A DNA stretch of 63,902 nucleotides, filler included, from Olpidium bornovanus S191 (GCA_017911155.1; 31 parts of 31 records of this genome joined end to end with filler, not necessarily neighbours in it); one strand, 5' to 3'. Shown: positions 12,329-24,405, counted from the first letter of the whole stretch. A program made the numbers and translations. Notes: generated from the letters alone by a model not told the origin.

Positions 12329-13449
12329 CAGGCGCGTTCATGTCTGCGCAAATAACTTTGACCGGCCGCCCATCCCCTTCCTGGTTCCCCCACCCGCTCC
12401 CCACCCCCTGCCGGGGGTCTCTCGCGGGGTTCTTACGTTGGTCCATGAAGACTTCGCCGGTGCGTTCGTCGTCATCGATGCGGGCCGGGGCGCATCAAAA
12501 GTCCGTCACGCTCGCGTCGGCGGCCACCACAATAATTCGTGAAAGAAAAAAGGCGGTGGGGTGGGGAGGAACGGGGAATAAGAATATGACAAGAAACGTC
12601 GTCGGCCCCTCGCGAGTGAGCATAACCGCGGGGGGAAGGGGGGGGGGTTAATACGAGATGACTTACTTGTAACCGTTGCCGTCGGCAGGCGAGACGAAAA
12701 TAAAGACCTCTGCGCGGGGGAGCCGAGCAGCGGTTTGTCGTTACCGGTCTCGTGACGAACCGCTCGACGAGACCTCGGGCGGCAAACATTCAAACTCGCC
12801 TCCAGACGTACGGTTCACATCGTTCCATGTTGTCTGCAACGCGTTCGGGACCGACGGGTCTTCCCGAAATTCAATGGTCACCACTTGGCGATCCGTCCAC
12901 CGATCGAGCGCCACGTCGACTCGTCTGTCGGCGGCATACGGAAACAGAATTAGAGATGCGAAAAGTGACCTTGTTGCGGCCGTCCACGTGCGCCTCGCCC
13001 GTCCGCCTGGCAGATCTTGATTCGGAAATCGTCCCGATCGAGTTCGGCTCCCTTGGAATCAAACCCGGGCACGAGATTTCGGAGAAAACCTCGGTACGCC
13101 TCAGAGGTATCGGCTGCCGGTTCGAAGGAAAATTTGAGGCGGGCCCGTTCCCCAACCCGGCAAATAAGCAGGTGGCACTGCGATTGCCGATCTGGCGAAT
13201 CGCGACGACTTGGGGGAGGNNNNNNNNNNNNNNNNNNNNNNNNNNNNNNNNNNNNNNNNNNNNTTAATTAATTAANNNNNNNNNNNNNNNNNNNNNNNNN
13301 NNNNNNNNNNNNNNNNNNNCATGAACCTCACGTAAGTTCGTCGCCGATTCCGCAAAGTCGACCGAGTTTTATTTTCTTTCTGCATTTGTGATTTTTGGAA
13401 GTTTTTTTTTCGCTTTGGGTTTTGCTTTTTTTTTAGTACCGGATATTTC

Positions 13450-13497
13450 GCACGGGATATTGCACGGGATATTGCACGGGATATTGCACGGGAGATT
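13450..13497 (+). repeat. 4 x 12-bp tandem repeat
   Basis: gcacgggatatt three times, then gcacgggagatt. Confidence 0.9.
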
Positions 13498-14476
13498 GCT
13501 CAAGAGCGAAGAACCAAGGCGTTCTGTGGGCTTCGTAGGCGGCTTTCACTGCCTGGAAAATGTGCATACGCCTGGAGGGCAGGGTAAGGATGAGGGCAAG
13601 GCAGGAATTCTCGCGCAGGTACCTGCGTCCGGGCGGCCCGCCGCCGGCGCGTTCTCGACCGCGGGAATTGGCTCGTTTCCTCTCCTGCGCCGCAAGATTT
13701 CCCACCCTGACTCCCTCCCCCCCGCCCCCTCGCTCGCGGTCTCTCTCTTTGTCTTTCTGGCGCCAAAACTGTAACGCAGCGGAGGCGCAGCCTGCGCGAT
13801 TCCCTGCCCGCCGCAGCAGCTTCCGTTTGCATCTCTGCGATTGCGCGCGGCGCTGCCGACTTTCGGCGCTTTTTCTCGTTTCGCCCGCAGGTGAGGGCAG
13901 GGGTGTGTGTGTGTGTGGGGGTGGGTGGGGGCGAAAAGCTGCGCGTTTGCGATCGCGCACAGACGCGAGGTGCGGAGCAGGCTGCAAGGCGTTGGGTTGT
14001 TTTTTATTTTAATTTTATTTTTTTTTTGGCGGGCGCCGCGCGGCTGACTAATTCGTCACAACCCGGTTTCGGCGCGGGTCTTGTTTTTTTTTCCTTGTCT
14101 TTCTGTTTTCATTTCCCTCTTTTTTCTTTCTTTTTTTTTCTTCCTTTTTTTTGTCTTCCCCCGGCGCTTGTCTCGTCGGCGGCGGCGGTTTTTTTTTTTA
14201 GCCGGAAATCGCGCCCGGGGCCGACTCGGCAGCGCGCTTCAAGTCGCCCCTCCCGCCCCCCGCAAAAAGAAAAATATCAATAAAAAAACACATAAATGAC
14301 AACAGCCCCCCTCGGATCAAAACCGATACACAAATAAAACGCGAACCTCCCGCCTTTTCCCGACCGCGGAACATCAAAGGTGTGCGACAGCCGCGCCGTT
14401 CGCTTTCTCCCACCGCCACACGCGACACACCCCATTTCCCAAACCGCATTTACCTTGCTTTCTCCAGGTCGAAGCG

Positions 14477-14678
14477 ATGCCGCCGCCCGACGCACCCGCG
14501 CTGCTCCCTTGCCCGAATCAGGCCACGGTCGCCAACAAGGTGTTCTTCTACGCTTACGGGAACACCCCACCCCGCGCGCTCGCGCAAAATCTGCCGGCCT
14601 CGACGGAAAGCGCGGCCCTGCTGCTGCTTGGCTGCGGCGATCTGCGCAACGTGCTGTTCACGGTGCGCGCCGCCGAAA
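14477..14678 (+). CDS. DUF4470-domain protein, first exon
   Basis: FFYAYGNTPP...LLLLGCGDLRNVLFTV fits the fungal DUF4470 N-terminus; GTGAGC donor at 14679. Confidence 0.8.
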
Positions 14679-14745
14679 GTGAGCGCACAGGACCGGGCGG
14701 GCGGGTCCGCGCGGGGAAGCGTGGGGGATGGGCGCGAGGGAGTGT

Positions 14746-14798
<53 letters not shown>

Positions 14799-15173
14799 GG
14801 GGAGGGGGGGGGGGGGGTTTTTTTTTGGAGGGCGCGCCCGGAGGAAGCGGAATTCGCAACGACGACAGACGAAAAAGATGGGGCCGCCTTCCCTCCCCNN
14901 NNNNNNNNNNNNNNNNNNNNNNNNNNNNNNNNNNNNNNNNNNTTAATTAATTAANNNNNNNNNNNNNNNNNNNNNNNNNNNNNNNNNNNNNNNNNNNNGT
15001 CTATTTTCAAGGGGGTTCCATTTCCGGTAAACTTTTCCTGGGGTGCCTCTTTCCGTTGAACTTCCCCCCTCGGGGAATTTTATTCTGGCCTTCCTTTCCA
15101 AAATTTCCGAGCTGCTCCCCCCCCCCCTGTCCCCCCCCCTCCACCCCAACCCCCCCTCCCCCCCCCCCCCCCG

Positions 15174-15208
<35 letters not shown>

Positions 15209-15469
15209 TTAGGTTCTGCTGTGACGCCCCGGGGGCCACAAAAAACCGGAGTTACTGCTGCGTGTGTAGGACACATTTTTTATTTTTTTTGCCATCCCCA
15301 ATTTCTTCTGGTTCTGCGGTGGGGACGGTGCTGGAGAATTCGGGGCTTCCCCCCCTCCCCCCTTCCACCCACCCTGTGACGAAAACCCGAGCTTCCGGGG
15401 ACGGGGGGGGTCAGAAAATACTCATTTTGCCGGCGGAAAAAAAAAAAATGGAAAACCGGCCGGCGGTCG

Positions 15470-15990
15470 CCGCCGCTCTCGACGAGGTCCCCTACAACGT
15501 CCAGAAGGCCCTCGTGGAGCTGCGCAACATAGATGAAATTTATCAGGGTGAGACACAAAAAACCTGCCCGAAAAAAAAAACGGGGTCGCGCGGAAAGGGG
15601 CCGGGAAAGGGCAGAGAGGGGGGGGGGGAGAAGGGGAAGAGGAGGGCGAGGTGAAAAAAAGATTCTGCGTGCGATCCCCACCCTCTCCCCCTTTCGACTT
15701 GCGGATGAAAACGAAAACCGTGCGGTGTTACGGAGCAAATTTTTTTTTCCCTACATTTTTATTTTTTATTTTTTTTTTCACTTTGGGTCGGATCGGTTTT
15801 TTCTGCAGACGCGGTCAGCAACCTTAACGAAAAGAAAAGAGCGTTCCTCGGGCTGTACGGGGGTCGTCCCGGCCTTCGGGATCCGGCCGTGGATTTTCGG
15901 GCAATGCGCGCGGAGGTCGACCGCCTGCACAAATCGGCGCTGAGCCAATGCGATCAGAAGATCGGTCTTGTCGATTCCACCCATAAGAAC
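15470..15990 (+). CDS. ING-family (Yng2/Pho23-like) protein, N-terminal histone-binding domain exons
   Basis: LDEVPYNVQKALVELRNIDE (donor 15548) and LHKSALSQCDQKIGLVDSTHKN (donor 15991) resemble the ING N-terminal helices. The PHD finger is not on this contig. Confidence 0.6.
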
Positions 15991-16092
15991 GTGAGATCCG
16001 GGGGCCGAGTGAAAACTTTCGTTGACAGCCGGGCAGAATTTTCTTTCTTTTTCTTTTTTTTTTTTTTTTTTTTTTTTTTTTCCCGGCGGGCC

Positions 16093-16124
<32 letters not shown>

Positions 16125-16732
16125 CTGCCCCCCCCCCCCCCCCCCCGGGGGCGAANNNNNNNNNNNNNNNNNNNNNNNNNNNNNNNNNNNNNNNNNNNNT
16201 TAATTAATTAANNNNNNNNNNNNNNNNNNNNNNNNNNNNNNNNNNNNNNNNNNNNCATGAAAAAAACAATTAAAACTGCGCGCCGCATATTGCGATGGTT
16301 ATCGACGGCCGAATGCCGCGCAGGAGCGCTCTAAAGTGCGCATTGGAAGGGGAGTTTTTTTTTTCTTTCTTTTTTCTTGGCTTTTTTTTTTCTTCTTCTT
16401 TTCCTGCGAGGAGCGAGGGAAGAAAAAAAAAAAAACCTTCGCGCCCTCCGCTCCCAGAAAACGAAAACAAAGGGAAAAAAAAAGGAGGGGAATACGAAAA
16501 AAAAACCCCGCGTTGTTGGTCTTCACCTGCATTTCCCCCTCCTCGCCACCGGGTCCCTTTGCCCCCCCGAAACGCAGGCCGTCTGACCAAACCGTGTCGT
16601 CGTGTGTCTGTACGGGAGAGGAGCGGGGGATTTTTTTGGTTGCAGTCGTTCAGCCTTGCAACCCGCTCTTGCCCGAATTTTTGTACGAATGGTTGATCCC
16701 CCCTCCCCCCAACGGTTCTGATGTGCTCCCAG

Positions 16733-17001
16733 GTATCCACCAAGACGGGGTCATCAAGAACAAGCAGACTTACAAGGTCATCAGGCCGTTAACGGTGGGC
16801 GTTTACACCGCAAACCTGTTCTTGGGCAAGCACTCCGGGCGCGCCGCCTTCCGTACCCGCACGGACGTGCTCGGCTTCGGCCATCTGTCGGACGTGGAGT
16901 TCCAGCGCGCGTTCGAGAGTTTCAAGATGCTGGCGGACTCGAAGAAGCGCAATACGGACACCGACATCGTGGGCCTGCTGGCCGAGCTGCAGTGTCGTTG
17001 A
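16733..17001 (+). CDS. leuA: 2-isopropylmalate synthase-like (bacterial/plant LeuA type, DRE-TIM family), exon covering the end of the catalytic region
   Basis: After a CAG acceptor: GIHQDGVIKNKQTYKVIRPLTVG...LFLGKHSGRAAFRTRTDVLGFGHLSDVEFQRAFESFKMLADSKK. The motifs GIHQDG, LGKHSGR and F-x2-FK-x-LAD-x-KK are those of bacterial LeuA. Confidence 0.82.
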
Positions 17002-17005
17002 CCGT

Positions 17006-17039
<34 letters not shown>

Positions 17040-17468
17040 CCCCCCAAGGGTTTTATTTTTTTGACAAACGACCACGGGGGTTTTTTTAGTTTATATTTTT
17101 CCCGACGAACGGGAGCTTCCGGAAGTAACTCGGGAAGCGCGTTCGAATCGAGTTTTTTCTTTTTTTTTTTTTTTTTTTGAGGTCGCATCTAAATAGACGC
17201 GCGTTCCGCTACGTTTGACCTCCACCCCTTCAAATCATAATCAGGTATTCCCCTTTTAAAAAATATCTTCCGCAGTTTCGGTTGCGGAAGCGCCCGCGCG
17301 GCGGCCGAAAAACGAAAACACGGCCGGGGATGAACCCGTGATCTTTGGAGAGATGGAGGGGGAGGGGGNNNNNNNNNNNNNNNNNNNNNNNNNNNNNNNN
17401 NNNNNNNNNNNNTTAATTAATTAANNNNNNNNNNNNNNNNNNNNNNNNNNNNNNNNNNNNNNNNNNNN

Positions 17469-17860
17469 TACATGATGGTCTACAATGGAAAGCCGGTGGG
17501 GTAGCGCTCGTCCCGCTAGAAGTGTGTGGCAACTCCATTTTGTTTGGCGGATGGGTCTGACACCACACGAGAAGTGGAGCGGATGCGCTCCATTAAACAG
17601 TATATCAAAACCAAGCCTCATCACCAAGCCAGCGAAATTCAAGGTCGATAACAACGGAGGTTTAGAGCTCGCCGCGGATGTGAAGGAGTCACGACGCTTT
17701 AAGCACATTGGCATCAAGTTCCACCACTTGCGGCGATGTCCAGTGGACGGAATCGTCTGAATTGGTCACGTCACCACCGCAGACAACCCAGCGGAGCCAT
17801 TCACGAAGCCCCTAAGGCAAGGTCAAATTTTTCAAGTTCCGGGATACCCTTGGCATATGT
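17469..17860 (+). mobile_element. Degenerate Ty1/copia RNase H remnant
   Basis: KVDNNGGLELA...RRFKHIGIKFHHLR...TADNPAEPFTKPL resembles the copia DN..A..L / KHIDIRYH / ADILTKPL motifs; stops and frameshifts present. Confidence 0.8.
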
Positions 17861-18550
17861 GCCAATTAGAGGGCGCAGGCAGAGGCGCAAGTCAGCAGGA
17901 CGACAAACCGCCGGCGTTCCCGGGAGGTTAAGGTGATTAGAAGGGTTTTGCGCAGATCCAAAGTGACCGTGGGGTAGTGGCGGTGAGTGAGGCGGGGTGT
18001 AGAAGAAAAGCGGGCCCCTTTACGCACGACGCGCACTGGCCCTTTCTTCCCCCAGTAGTGTCCCTAGTTACCTGCCGTACAAAAGAGACATAGAGTAGAT
18101 AGCGACGGGACGACCTGAAGAAAACTTTCTGTTTACGCTCACGTCCCGAATCTTGAATTGAAAAATCGCCAGCTTCCCTCCTCGATGCGAACTTTATCCC
18201 CCCCCCCCCCCCCCCCCCCTTTTCCCAACCAGAACCGGCAGCTATAGACATCGACGATGAGGACGGAAAGGGGCGCGTTCGACCGTCAGAATTCATACCG
18301 ACAAAACTCTAAATCCCCTGCTGAATATATATATTCATTTCGCGGTGTTGGGATGTTCGCCCTACACTACTGGTATGTGCAAGTCCCCCACACATAATAA
18401 TTACTCAAAAATCGTGTTCAAATTAATGAATCCTCGGAAATGCTAGGGAATTGAATAGAAATAAGTTTTTGTGAGATGAGTGAGGCCGCCCGCCGTACGT
18501 CCCTTTTTACAAAAGTAGAACGTGGGGCGGGGGGTGTGGGAGTGCGCTGT

Positions 18551-20053
18551 TTAGACCTGGCCGTGACCGAGATTCTGCGACACGGCACGCGAATCTCCGC
18601 ACACTTCGCATACCCAGAGACGCCCGCCGCAACCAGCTGCCGCACTTTCGTCACCAGCATCGCCGCACTGAAGCAGCTCGCAGGGCACATACCAACCGCA
18701 GCATTCCGGAAAACGGGCGCACATGCCGGCGGCAGGCCAGCCGTCGCCGGCGTCGTCTGCCGTCCCTGTCCGTCCGCCTTCCGCGGGATTGCACCGCGGG
18801 CAATCGCAGTTGAAGAAGAACATGTTACGCAGGTGGCGAGTACGAGAGGTCCGGTCGAGCTCGGCGGGGTGCGTCAGGGAAACGTAGCTAATGGTGACCT
18901 CACGGCCGCGGGGCACGTGGTCAAGAGCATAGAACAGCGCGGGCTTGTCGATTGGCCGCGGGACTGAAAAGGTCCCGCCGTTTCCCCCATCCCCGCCGTC
19001 CCGGAACGCCGAGCAGAGGCGCGACGGCGCGATGAACTGGCGCGCTGACGGGGCGCAGGAATGATTAAAAAACACCGGCTCCAGGTACAACGCCAGCGCG
19101 TAGCCCTGCCGGTGCGAACCCGGGTTCTGCCGTCGAAAAGAGTACAGGCCGAAGGAGTTGCACTCCTCCTTACAGATGAGAACCACTAGCGGCTCCAAGA
19201 GGTCCAGCTCCGCCTGCGATACCGGCCGTTGTAACGCGACCTCTGCAGCGGCGTGAGCGCCGGCAGGACGAAAGCTGTCTTCCGTTTCCATCGGCGGGAA
19301 AAAATGGGCGAAGTCGTCCGCGCCGCGTATCCCGAGCTGCTCCTCGAGGTACCGTCGCAGGACGTCTGCCACGGAGTAGAACTCCCGCTGCTTTTCCAGC
19401 GAGAACGAAGCCCTGTTCGAGCAGAGGCGCCAGACGTGCTCGAACACGGGCTGCTGCAAATGCGGCTCTACTTGGGCGCCGCCGCGGTGTGAAGATTGAA
19501 GTTCTAAAAACCGGCGCGTCAGAACCCGCAGGACCAGCCAGGTGTAGTCCAGGGTGTAGTCGCCGAATCCCAGAGGGTCGGCAAGACCGCGGATTCCCGC
19601 GCCGTCAGCGGCGGGCGCCTCCTGACCGTCCTTCGCGCCGGGCTGTCTTCCTCCCTGCGGGGGCGACAACGGCGGCGGCTTCGGCGGCCCGCCGAAAAGT
19701 CGGCGCAGGAACGCGCACTCGCCGGGGGCGTGGCCGCGGGCAGCGTCCTCCCGCTCGCAGGCGTCGGAGCAGTAGTACGCGCGGCCGCCCCCGCCTCGGC
19801 AGGGCGTCACGGGCGGCGCGGTGCCGCCGGGGCTGAGGGACAGGCAGCCCGCGCAGACGGAGGGTCGCGAGGCCGAATCCGGCACGGCGGCGTAGGGCAG
19901 CGAGCGCAGCAGCAGCTCGCCGGGCTGCAAGTCCCTCGCCGCGACGAAGCACCTTCCCTTGGCCTCCGTCCGCACCGTTTCGAGCGGTGGCTTCCAAGGC
20001 GCTCGCCGCCGGCTCCGCTGCTGCTGCTGCTCGGGGGACGCGCACGCCGTCAT
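18551..20053 (-). CDS. SET-MYND (SMYD/Set6-like) lysine methyltransferase
   Basis: KGRCFVAARDLQPGELL, MYND-type CAGC...YYCSDAC...H..EC, CNSFGLY, FFNHSCAP, EVTISYV, post-SET FNCDCPRC. Confidence 0.9.
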   Translation of the reverse strand: MTACASPEQQQQRSRRRAPWKPPLETVRTEAKGRCFVAARDLQPGELLLRSLPYAAVPDSASRPSVCAGCLSLSPGGTAPPVTPCRGGGGRAYYCSDACEREDAARGHAPGECAFLRRLFGGPPKPPPLSPPQGGRQPGAKDGQEAPAADGAGIRGLADPLGFGDYTLDYTWLVLRVLTRRFLELQSSHRGGAQVEPHLQQPVFEHVWRLCSNRASFSLEKQREFYSVADVLRRYLEEQLGIRGADDFAHFFPPMETEDSFRPAGAHAAAEVALQRPVSQAELDLLEPLVVLICKEECNSFGLYSFRRQNPGSHRQGYALALYLEPVFFNHSCAPSARQFIAPSRLCSAFRDGGDGGNGGTFSVPRPIDKPALFYALDHVPRGREVTISYVSLTHPAELDRTSRTRHLRNMFFFNCDCPRCNPAEGGRTGTADDAGDGWPAAGMCARFPECCGWYVPCELLQCGDAGDESAAAGCGGRLWVCEVCGDSRAVSQNLGHGQV

Positions 20054-20568
20054 GACAGGTATCCCCCGTTTCCTCCGGGGCTCGGACAGGATCTCGGGGG
20101 AACGGTGGAAGGCCCGGTGAGGCGGGCGCGGTGGGAGGCGAAGGGAGAAGGGGGAAAAGTCAGCCGCCGCCAGACTTGCAGGAAACGGAGGTTGCTCACA
20201 CCACCTGGAAATACGCGGCCAGCACATCGTGGTTGCCATCGAACGGATCGCCGTCGACGAACGTGCTTCATCTGCTAGCCAACGATTATTATCCCCCCCC
20301 CCCCCCCGACATCGTCGACCAACGGGACGCATTCGCGCGCACGCTCGACATGATCGGATCGGGCCGCTTCAGTGTTTCAACGTCGATGCTTTCGTCGGTG
20401 GGCTCGAACGTGCCGCCCGGCGCCGCGGGCTTCACCAGCGTACCGGCGTAGTCCACTGAATACGTCCANNNNNNNNNNNNNNNNNNNNNNNNNNNNNNNN
20501 NNNNNNNNNNNNTTAATTAATTAANNNNNNNNNNNNNNNNNNNNNNNNNNNNNNNNNNNNNNNNNNNN

Positions 20569-21942
20569 CTCCAGCATGGGCTGGTCACGGAGCGGGCAGT
20601 CCCGGAAGGAAGTTATGCTGAGGAAGCACACCTCGTCGACGCCCTCTTCCTCGTAGTATTTCCGCGCGAGGTCCACGGGTTTGCCCATGTTCCTGACCCG
20701 CCCCTTGTCGGCAGCGCCTTCCCCCGCCCCCGCTTTTTCCCGCACGTCGTACTTGTCGCCCTTAGTCACCACGAGGTCGCCCTCGTCGTTGGCGCGGACG
20801 TCGAGGGCCACGACGATCCGCTTTGTGAAGCGGTCGCGAACCGGCGACGAAGGCGGCGCCCGCACGCGCACCGCTTCGTCCGGCGGCGGGGCGTCCGGCG
20901 GCCGTTCCAGAAAAGCCCGCAAGACGTCGTGCCCGGCCCTGCCAGATTTTTCAGGGTGGAACTGCGTGCAAAGGAGCCGCCCTCGGGCTAAGGCCGCGAC
21001 AAAGGTCTCGGACCCGTACCGCGTCGTGCAGAGGGCCCAGTCTTTAAGCTCGGCGGCGTAGGGAACGGCAAACGAGTGGACAAAATAGTATGCGCGCTCC
21101 TGGTTGATCCCGTAACTTATCGCAGATTCTCGGAAATCCGCCGCCGCGCGTTCCGCCCCCGCCGAGGGGCAAGATTCTTTCAGGAGGTCAACGTGATTCC
21201 AACCCATGTGCGGAACGGCCTTGTCCACGGCGGAGAAGCGTTGAACGCAACCGGGCAGGACGCCCAGGCCCTCCGTTCCCGGATTCTCGTCCGATCGTTC
21301 AAAGAGGACTTGCATCCCGATACAGATTCCAAGGAAAGGGCGGCCAGAGGAGATATATCGCCGGAGAGGCTCCACGAAGCCCTTCTCACGCAGAGAAGCC
21401 ATTGCGCTGCCGAAGGCCCCCACTCCCGGAAATATCAGCCGCTTTTTTTTTTTTTTTTTTTACTAGCATTAATGATAACGCGGGAGTCTGACGAACAGGT
21501 TGTGACCCTCCCCGCCCTCCCCCCCCCCACGCACGCACACACAACACACTCACAAACCCCCCTTCGTCGCCTCCCTCACCTCCGACCTGTCGAAGTCGGA
21601 TGCATCCCTGATGAATCTAACGTCAAACCCGAGACTGCGAATAGCGTTCACGACGGACCTGAAAAAGGCGCGGGCGGACGGCACGAGAAAGTACAAAAAG
21701 AAAAAAATAATTAAAGGCGTCGGCTCGCAAACGCGGATGCAAGATGGCGGCGAGCGTTCGACCGCGCAAAAAAAAAAAAAGCGCGCGCGTAGGCAATGTT
21801 CCCGGGGGTCGGATCACGGTCGGGGGGGGGGGGGGGCGGGGGGGGGGGGGGGGGGGGGGGGACGCGCGCACCTGACGTTCCCCGCCCCGTAGTCCAAAAG
21901 GTACACCGTGCCTCCCGTCCCGTCAGCGGGAGACGCCAACAT
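20569..21942 (-). CDS. HIS7: Imidazole glycerol phosphate synthase HisHF fusion, 5' part; exons 21942-21872, 21658-21580, 21441-20569
   Basis: LLDYGAGNVR|SVVNAIRSLGF...|RLIFPGVGAF, catalytic GICIGMQ, VPHMGWN, QFHPEKSG, then the cyclase FTKRIVVALDVRANDEGDLVVTKGD. Confidence 0.97.
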
Positions 21943-22599
21943 CGCGGTGCCTTTTTTTTCTGCGCGTGTGTGTGTGCGGTGGGGATGCCCGGTGGCGTTT
22001 CGGAAAGTCGCGGAGGTTTCCTTATTTTCCCCCTCCCGGGCTGTTTGCAGATTGGTACGGCCGGAAGGTAGAAGAACCCGAGAGGCCCGCGGACGGAGCC
22101 GAACGGACCGGTGAGAAGAGAGATAGCAGAAGAGAACAGTAATTTCTGGCGTTATCTCTCCAGCGTGATTTCATATGGCGGGCGACTGAGGATTGCACAC
22201 AAAGGGTCTCTACAGGCAGGGGTTGCGCGACTCGGCCCCAGCCGTTACCCCCTTTTCCCCCTTCATTTTCTAACACGCGGCAAGAGGCTCNNNNNNNNNN
22301 NNNNNNNNNNNNNNNNNNNNNNNNNNNNNNNNNNTTAATTAATTAANNNNNNNNNNNNNNNNNNNNNNNNNNNNNNNNNNNNNNNNNNNNATCCTTTGAA
22401 GCCCGTCCAGAAAATGGGTTCGTCAAACGGCCGATCATGCCTACCGCTTTGAACACGAAAAGATAACTTTATCGTCTATTACCTGCAACGTTGATCCACC
22501 GACAGGCCGCCCAGGCTGGCGCAGGCTGCAACGATTGGGCGAGGCAAACGTGGCAATTACAGCGGGTGTCGCGATCAGCAGTTTGAGCAAGCGAGTTCA

Positions 22600-22860
22600 T
22601 CCTACCGTGTTCAGCAACGTCTCTAGCCCGCTATTATCGAGGTTCTCGACACATCGGATTTTATCTGAAACAGAAGTCCAGTCGACGTCAAGTTTCTGCC
22701 CAAGGTATGCGAGAGCGGGCCGCAGAAGATACCGACCTAACCCATAGTCAATGCACGTGATGGCACAGGTGGCGTTGATTGCCCGCAAGGCGGGGTCGTC
22801 GAGGGAAGCAGAAAAGCCTTGAGATTCGCCGGGGACGTAGTCATATACTGCTCGTGCGAA
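22600..22860 (-). CDS. Coding-like exon of unknown family
   Basis: About 85 open, compositionally complex codons (AVYDYVPGESQGF...LGRYLLRPALAYLGQKLDVDW...) ending at a GTAGG donor. Family not recognised. Confidence 0.45.
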
Positions 22861-23379
22861 CGGAGCAGATTCCCGTCAGCGGCTGAGCGGCCTGCGCGTG
22901 AACGCCAGTCTAACGAAGAACGGCCAAACAGTCGCCAAGCCACCAACTCCCCCCCCCCCCCCCCCCCTCCCCCCCCCCCCCCTTTTCGTCCCGCATCTCG
23001 TGCCGGGATATGCGTTTTACTCACGGCCGCGGCGGAAGGCCATCGCAGCCCGTTGAGCCTGAATGACCCTCTTGGCCGCGCCGCGAAAGCCGAAAGGCCT
23101 ACGGGCCGCCAGCGACTCTCGGGCCGTGGGCTCGCCCGTCGTCTTCGGCGGCGGCTGCGTCGCGAGCCGCTTTGGGTCGCCGGGGAGCTGCGGCTCGGCG
23201 ACCGGCGACACGCGGCGGAGGCCGCGGTCAGCGCGCCGTTCCGCGTCGCTCTGCCGCATAACGGCGATTCCGGCCGGGAGCCAAACACGGGGTTGGGGAG
23301 GGGGTGGAACGGGCTTTCTCAGACTTTCTATGTTCCGACGCTCCGCACGCGGCTTCGGCTTCCTGCGGACGCCACACGC

Positions 23380-23475
23380 TCTCTTTCACCCTCTTTCTCT
23401 CTCTTTCCTTCTCACTCTCTCCATCACTCTCTCCCTCTCTCCCTCTCTCCCTCTCTCCCTCTCTCCCTCTCTCCG
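23380..23475. repeat. CT-rich microsatellite
   Basis: Runs of ctct/ctcc. Similar GA/CT tracts at 30396-30447, 51800-51990 and 63090-63130; (GT)n at 14742-14781. Confidence 0.85.
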
Positions 23476-24147
23476 CGTCTCGGTCGCGGTTAGGGTCGCG
23501 GCGGGGGTGGCGGCGCCCCTCGGGCGGCGGATGGGGATGGAAAACCAGCCGCCCCCTTGCCTCGCTCCTGTCGCGCGCCGCGATAGGCCGCGACGCCCCC
23601 CGCCCACCTTTCCCGACCCTGCTTCGCGTGGCATCAGGATATGGTAGATGATGCGTCGTGCGCACCCGGGGCACATGACGTCAAAACAGGACGGCCGGCG
23701 AAAGACGCAGAAGGCGACGAGTTCCCACGCTGCAACGCTGGAGCATGCGCTGTTGTTGCTTTTGGTCTCATTGGCTCCCCACGTCTTCACGGAGACCATA
23801 TCCATGCCAACCGTCAAAAGGCGAATCAATCGTGCAATGGACTGGCTACAAACACCGCCAGTAAGCAGTTTGCGGGGCGCTCGAGTCGAAAAAAACGGTA
23901 GAAAGTCTTCAAATGTCAACTTGTACGCATGGCATCCAGGGCTCGTCGAAGAGCAGTGCGGGGTTGGGAAAAAGAGGATGGTTCAGGTTGGAACTTTCCT
24001 TGTTTTACACAGAAGAGCACTGTAGGATGGTGTCGGGAGAAATCGAANNNNNNNNNNNNNNNNNNNNNNNNNNNNNNNNNNNNNNNNNNNNTTAATTAAT
24101 TAANNNNNNNNNNNNNNNNNNNNNNNNNNNNNNNNNNNNNNNNNNNN

Positions 24148-24216
<69 letters not shown>

Positions 24217-24405
24217 AAAAGAAAAAGAAAAAAGATAAAAAAAAGCCCTCCTCCGCCCACCCGGTCGAAGATCAGAAGAAGCAGCGGACGTCTCCCTCTC
24301 TACCTTCTTCCGCCGACCCCCGCCCCACCCCCCGCGCCCCCGTCCGGCCGGCAAGCCCTTCCTCACGAAAATTTAAACCCCCCCGCCCCCCACCACGCCC
24401 CGACT

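Noticed and set aside
12275-13497. Short tandem arrays as CRISPR arrays
   Set aside because: No unique spacers and no cas genes; the genome is eukaryotic.
21796-21815. MFPGVG on the plus strand as part of HisH
   Set aside because: Wrong strand; the real LIFPGVG motif is at about 21441-21418 on the minus strand.
23489-23497. Telomere-like TTAGGG
   Set aside because: Single copy, no array.
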